DNA of 64,000 nt, from positions 35,722,304 through 35,786,303 of the forward strand of contig NC_092671.1 in NCBI RefSeq assembly GCF_964355755.1, written 5' to 3'. The stretch comes from Antedon mediterranea. Its lineage: Eukaryota > Animalia > Echinodermata. Positions 57,557 to 64,000 of this stretch are shown piece by piece. The stretch's first letter is position 1, and each line of letters starts with the position of its first letter. Both the position numbers and the translations under genes were made by a program. Below the pieces are notes generated by a model that was not told the origin of the DNA, searched no databases, and saw nothing but the letters and a program-made list of their open reading frames with translations.

Positions 57557-60500
57557 ATGGCGGGTAGAAGCACAACACTACTATGTCTACTTATCGTCTG
57601 CACGTCGGGGTGTGTAGCAAACAAGGAAAACCTCCAGCCTGTAATTGAAGCTAAATTTGGTAAAGTGTTTGGTAAATCCGTTACTCTCGACGTGAACGAC
57701 GATTATTTCCCAGAAGTGAAAACTGTAGATGTATACCAAAGTATCCCTTACGCCGAATCACCGGTTGGTTCACTTCGCTTCAAGCCTCCGGTAGCAAAAA
57801 CGTGGGATAAGGATGCCTTGTTTAATGCTACTGGTCCACAGAATTCATGTGTTCAAGAAATATTTCCAGCTTTACCAATTTTGGAAGAACAGAGCGAAGA
57901 CTGTCTTCATCTTGATATATATACACCACACCCCAAGGTAGCCCATGTTTTATTAGTGAATTAGGCCTACATCAATATTTACATTATATGAGTGTTAGTT
58001 AAAGTTCAAGTTAGTTAGTTTAATCTTTAACAATATACTTAAATAGAATCCAAGAGTTTTTACACTGAACAGTTTGCGGAAGCAGTACTTCAACCTGGTA
58101 AATAATAAATACCGTACATAACATGTCGCTTTACCTGACCGTCTTCACAGGAAAATCACAGTTGTATTTGTCCATTTTACTTTGTGAAAATGTAAATTGA
58201 TATTATGTTTACTTATATAATATATAAACATATATTTATTTATTCATTATATTTAGCCGGTAAAGGCTGCTGTGATGGTCTTCATTCATGGTGGTGGGTT
58301 TTCATTCGGCATCGGAACAACCAGCAACATGTCACAAGTACCGATGGTTGCTCTCGGGAACGTCGTCGCCGTCAACATCAACTATCGTCTGAGTGTCTTT
58401 GGCTTTTTATCCACAGGTTTTGTAATCTATCTAAAAATATTAAACTTTTTTACTAATTTTTAACAAGTTGATAAAACTATGATTGATAAATAACCGTAAC
58501 ACTTCAAAGTGTTTTTACATCTTCAACCATTTTTATTCAATATTCATTCATGCGGCAATATCGTATTGTCATAGACAGACATAATATATAAATATTTTGT
58601 AATAAAATAAACATATTTACTAAATCTTTGGAAGACAAATGAATAAATAGTATTGTTTATTCATTTGATAGGTGACGATGTAGTGTCGGGGAACATGGGG
58701 TTGAAGGATCAAACACTAGCCCTCCAATGGATTCGTAACAATATAGCCGGTGAGACGAAGTTCAATCTTAGATAACAGTTTACTAGCTTTTTCTTTTGCT
58801 GTTTCACATTTGGATTTTGTGTCTCAATTGAACTGACTCTCTGTTCACCCAACACCAAATAACAGTATAATATTATATTTCGTGATTTATTTTCAGAATT
58901 CGGAGGTGACCCAGATAGAGTTACGATCTATGGTGAAAGTGCTGGTTCAATTTCAGTAGCAGACCATGTAGTATCGCCTATGAGTAAAGGATTATTTCAT
59001 CGTGCCATTATGCAGGTACGAAATTAAATTTGTTTATGTTTTAGGTATAGTTTGGAACTCAACGCAGTGACTTGCACTGCGCGTCCACGTCCTAGTGCGC
59101 ATTAAGCTTTTATTATCAAATTTTAATTAAAATAATAGTTTAAATCATGAATGTATCGGTTATATATACTAGAGTGGAACGGTTGTGGAAAGTTTAAAAT
59201 CAGAATCGAAGAGAGTACAGAGATCAAGAGCGTTTGCGTTTGGCAGAACGTTAGGATGTGACCAGTCAGATACTAATGAACTCGTACAATGTCTTCAGGC
59301 TATTGATAGTCAAACACTTGTAGCAAATTGTTCAGTAAATGTGAGTTGTTAAGACATTATTATATTAGATGTATTATTCTTTATTATTAAAACGTAGCAA
59401 CTGTTTTTAAAACAGACTGAAGTTTAATAGAGTATAATTATAGTTATTAACACTATAAAAACTCTTTTACTGCACCATTATTTCAATACTCTTTGTTCAT
59501 GATGTAAGTCTTATAAGCTAAGGCTTACATTATTATTGCTTGGTGGGAGTCATTTTTTTACCTCATCATTAGCGAACATCTTAAATGCATTCGACCAATG
59601 GAATATAGTTGATTGTTATTAATCCTATTCTTTTTAATAGACGGCGGTAGAAAATGGAGAGAATCCTTATTCGTTTATGTTTCTTCCTAACGCTGATGGA
59701 GAATTTCTGCCAGATGATCCGAATAAACTTTATGATGACCCGAACGCAATAAATGACGTTGACATCATGTTGGGAACTCTTTCTGATGAAGGATCTGTTT
59801 TCGTAAAACAGAGTATGGTAGGAGAGGTAGTAACCAATCGTACATTCTATGACGAGTATGTAACTGGAATGAGTGCCATGATATTTCAGGCTGAGTTTGA
59901 GTTGGAAAAAGATCTTTTGAAGTTTGTGTATCTTTCTGATGAACAACTAGCTAATCCAGATTCAGATCATTACTATAGTCTTAGTCAAATGGCGGGTGAC
60001 GTAATGTTCGTCTGTCCAACAGAAAAGACCGTGAGACTATTGGTCACAGCTGGAAAAGAGAATGTATATCTTTACAAAATGACACACGAACCTTCTCGAT
60101 CATTCTGGGGAATGTCTGGTATAAATGATGCTGGAGCTACACATGGTGAGGACTTGGTGTTTGTGTTCGGTATGCATTACAATGAAGGAAACGGTTGGTT
60201 TTACGGAAATTTACTTGCTGAAGAAATTCGCCTTACTAATGCAATGATGACTTACTGGTCAAATTTTGCCAAGACAGGGTACGATATTATTGTCTGGTTA
60301 TTCATGCTTTAATATTAAATGAGAAGGGTTTTCATTTTTTGCTTATATTTTTTAATTACAAATTAAGATAAGTCTTTAAGTTTCGTCTCTGCTTAAATGT
60401 CTTATTTATAGTGTATTAACTTATAACTCTTGTATATATCTTTGGCTGTCTTTATGTTACAGTGTTTTAATAACTTTTCCTATTTTTTTTATCAGAGACC

Positions 60501-60940
60501 CTAATAACTCTGATGATGATAGTAACTTGGTTTTGGCTTATCCAAAATGGCCAAAATTTACACTTGCTGAGCATAGTTACAAGGATATTTCAACAAACAT
60601 GCAAAACAGTAATGTATTGAATCTCAAGATGTGTACATTTATTAATGATATTCTACCAAAGGCAAGGAAAGTGCAAGGTTAGAATTTAATTTAATTTATT
60701 GAATAATTTTTATTAAAATTTTCGGAATCGTACTTTTAAAATTAAGTATGTTATGTATCGTATTTAAATTTTATACCAACAATAACATACTGTAAGTTAA
60801 CATACCGGTAGTACATAATATGGTTTATTTTGATTCTGCTATATCATATTTTAGATAAACTGAAGACATTTGAGAAAGAAGAACACGAGAAGACAAAATA
60901 TTCGTGTACATCTGGCTCCTGTGAAGAGAAAAGGCCATAA
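57557..60940 (+). CDS. Secreted carboxylesterase, copy 4
   Basis: Same layout; [17 protein letters not shown]; ends [13 protein letters not shown]. Confidence 0.92.
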
Positions 60941-61513
60941 ATGAATTCTATCATCTAAAGTCTACAGATATTTTACTCCTGCAACAAAGCTCTTTGTTCG
61001 AAATTCAGTTAATTTTTCAAATTCACTTACGATTTTGCACATTATATTTTTGAGAGGAGTAGAGAAAATAGGTATAGTGTGTGCCAGATATCAGATTTTG
61101 GCCACACCACGGTATTACTACTAGCTAGACTAGGCGTCTAAGATGAGTTTGAATTGAAATTTTTGGATATTAAAAAAAAAAGAAATGGGTTTACGCAACT
61201 AAATCCTGGATTATATAATGTTTTCTTACTTCTACAGTACTTTGTATGATTTTGACGCGTTTGTACATACTCAAATTCTATCATATACAAAACGCACCTA
61301 ACGAGTAAATGTTTAGTAGGTCAACCTTTCACTGCACTCTTTTAACTAATTTCGTTCAGCATTTCATCCGGATCCAGGTGACACTGTGACTATGATTATA
61401 TCCGCTGTCGGGATGTGCAAGTCATAAGTACTTCTTCATATCTATTATTATATACAGTGTCTTATCTGATATTTTTACTTAGATATGTACACAATAACTC
61501 CACTAAGTTCGAA

Positions 61514-63780
61514 ATGGCGGGTAAAGGCACTGCATTACTATGTCTACTTATCATCTGCACGTTACGGTGCGTTGCAGACACAGAAAACTCCCAGCCGGTA
61601 GTTGACGCTAAATTTGGTAAAGTGTTTGGTAAATCAGTTACTCTCGACGTCAATGACGATTGCTGTAGATGTATACCAAAGTATCCTTTACGCCGAATCA
61701 CCGGTTGGTTCACTTCGCTTCAAGCCTCCGGTAGCAAAAACGTGGGATAAGGATGCCTTGTTTAATGCTACTGGTCATCAGACTGCATGTGTTCAAGAAC
61801 TATTTCCAGCTTTACCAATTTTGGAAGAACAGAGCGAAGACTGTCTTCATCTTGACATGTATACACCACACCCCAAGGTAAGAGAACGCATGTTTTATAC
61901 GTAAATTAGGCGTATAGTGACGACCCACAAACCTCGTCATTTTTATTTTCAATAATACTGTTTGATTTGGGCCAGAATGAAAACAATAGAGGTCGTATTT
62001 ACTTTAATCGGCTCACAACAACTCACCCCTAAAATATCAGCACGAGTTTTAATATTTTGAGCCCTTAAAATGTCTATTCTACTGCCAACATGAGACGTGT
62101 CATTTGCTATTTTTCCAGGTGCCATTGTTATTTACTCTTTTTGAATCATAGTGTTATCCTGTAAGCCTACATTATAACAAATGCAGTATAGCTACACAGT
62201 TTGTATTGACACTGAACAGTTTGACCTGACCTTTGCCGCTTTGCCTGACCGTCTTCTTACTTGTACAAGAAAATCACAGTTATTTTTCTCCATTTTACTT
62301 TGTGACAATGTAAATAGATATTATGTTTACTTATATAATATATATTCTTTATTTATTCATTGTATTTAGCCAGAAAAAGCCCCTGTGATGGTCTTCATAC
62401 ATGGTGGTGGGTTTGCATTTGGCATCGGGACATCCAGCAACATGTCACAAGTACCGATGGTAGCTCTCGGGAACGTCGTCGCCATCAACATGAACTATCG
62501 TCTAAACGTCTTTGGCTTTATATCCACAGGTTTTGTAATATAATAAAACATTATATAAAATATGTTTTACTTAGCAATTTATAATAAGCTGATGACAATA
62601 TTATAAGAAGATAAGCGTAATGCTTTATAGTGTATTTATATCTTCTACCTCAAAGTTCACAACATATACATACACCTCTCCTCCACCCCCACCCCCAATC
62701 ATCCCTTCTCCCCCACCCCCTCTCTTTCTCTAAGTTGTGATAACATCCACCACTTTTATTCAGTATTCATATCATATTTCTCTTCTTTTTCTTTTTTTAA
62801 ATTGTTTATAGTAAAAACAAGGCCAACAGCCATTAAGTCGCGTGCTACAATGCATAATGATACCGGACCAACAGACAGACCGACAGACAGACCGACAGAC
62901 AGACCGACCGACATAGTGAACTATAGTCGCGTCCACGCGACTAAAAAGGCATAATTTTGACGAATTTTTAAACTTTTTCATCAAAAACGTGCGCAAATTA
63001 TCCAATTCGACGTGCTCGTATGACGTAATTTTAAGTCGAAATTGTTTAAAAGATGGTAAAATTATTAGAAAAGGCTGCAAAAACATAAATCACGCGAAAA
63101 AAGTATGTATTTAACGATACGTGCGCACCACGCGCGTAAAAATTTGCGCGCGTATGGGAATTTTTGACATGCTCAAAATGACAAGAAACGCGTAGAAAGT
63201 TGATTAAAAATGAATTTTGCGCATTTTAAAATTTTAAATGCGCGTGCGCGCGTAACTTTGTGGCTTTGTGACTCATGGCAATTTTGTAAACGCTTAAAAT
63301 TGCCTGAAACGTACTCTTATTTCATCGAAAATAAATTTTGAAAATTTTAAGCGCGCGTACGCATGCGTTACATGCGCTACGCACGTAATTGTATTGCCAT
63401 ATGATGATTTATGCCCTGAAATTTATGAGTACCAAATTTTATTTAATTGTGATTCATGGTTGTGAAGATATGATTACAAACGTGATTTCGTTAAATCGTA
63501 CGTAGACCGCGTAATTGTTTATTGCGCACCGTGAAAACATAACCACATCGATTCCTGGCCATAAGGAATATACTGTGAAAAATTGACTTAGCTAGATTAA
63601 ACTGATATCAAGATAAGGTCAGAAAGCGATAAAACGCATAGTGATACCGGACCGACAGACCGACATAGTGAACTATAGAGTCGCTTCCACGCGACTAAAA
63701 ATAACGTACTCGTAAATTTGCTGTTATAAATTCTTTTGAAAGGCATACATAAATAATATTATTGTTTATTCATTTGATAG
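61514..63780 (+). pseudogene. Carboxylesterase copy 5, frameshifted, partial in window
   Basis: Exon 1 has a net 17-nt deletion near 61662 relative to copies 2-4, shifting the frame; exon 2 lies at about 62370-62529; exon 3 does not follow the conserved acceptor at 63780. Confidence 0.8.
62813..63701 (-). mobile_element. Helentron-associated / DINE-1-like non-autonomous element
   Basis: (GTCY)n microsatellite next to hairpin TAGTCGCGT-CC-ACGCGACTA (62924-62943) and an A/T run; this module recurs at about 63643-63701; CpG-rich interior. Confidence 0.7.
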
Positions 63781-64000
63781 AGACCGGGCGCCCGGAAGAT
63801 TTATTCATGTGAAAAGATACAAAAGGTTTGATGATGTAGTTAGGTGCGTATTAGGGTGAGATGCAATATTCGACATTGGTGCCGGGTCACAGCCTGTACA
63901 TAGGGCCTGTGGGGATCATAACATAGGGGGGTAGAAATGCATTTATTCATGTGAAGCGATACAAGGATAAACTTTTTTGGATATCATTCGCAGTGGGCTA

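Overview
AT-rich, intron-containing animal DNA, probably a marine invertebrate deuterostome (inferred from the Deu/Nin-type SINEs and gene content). In order the window holds: the 3' part of ZRANB3 (SNF2 helicase C-lobe, PIP box, NZF, HNH); a 5'-truncated Rex1/Babar-type LINE; three tandem mitochondrial-clan cytochrome P450 genes; a fully delimited but decayed Transib (RAG1-related) transposon; a DCST1/sneaky-like gene; and five tandem secreted carboxylesterases, the fifth frameshifted. SINEs, MITEs, a solo LTR and a Helentron/DINE-1-like element are interspersed. The strongest signal is the Transib element: a perfect RSS heptamer, an exactly 23-bp spacer and a nonamer-like motif at one end, a 27-bp equivalent at the other, and a 5-bp TSD. 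Other leads are a duplicated intronic element in ZRANB3 that may be an H/ACA snoRNA pair or a Pol III element, and mosaic P450 and esterase paralogues diverging at substrate-binding regions. I found no clearly new multi-gene system. Exon boundaries were read by eye and may be off by a few bases.
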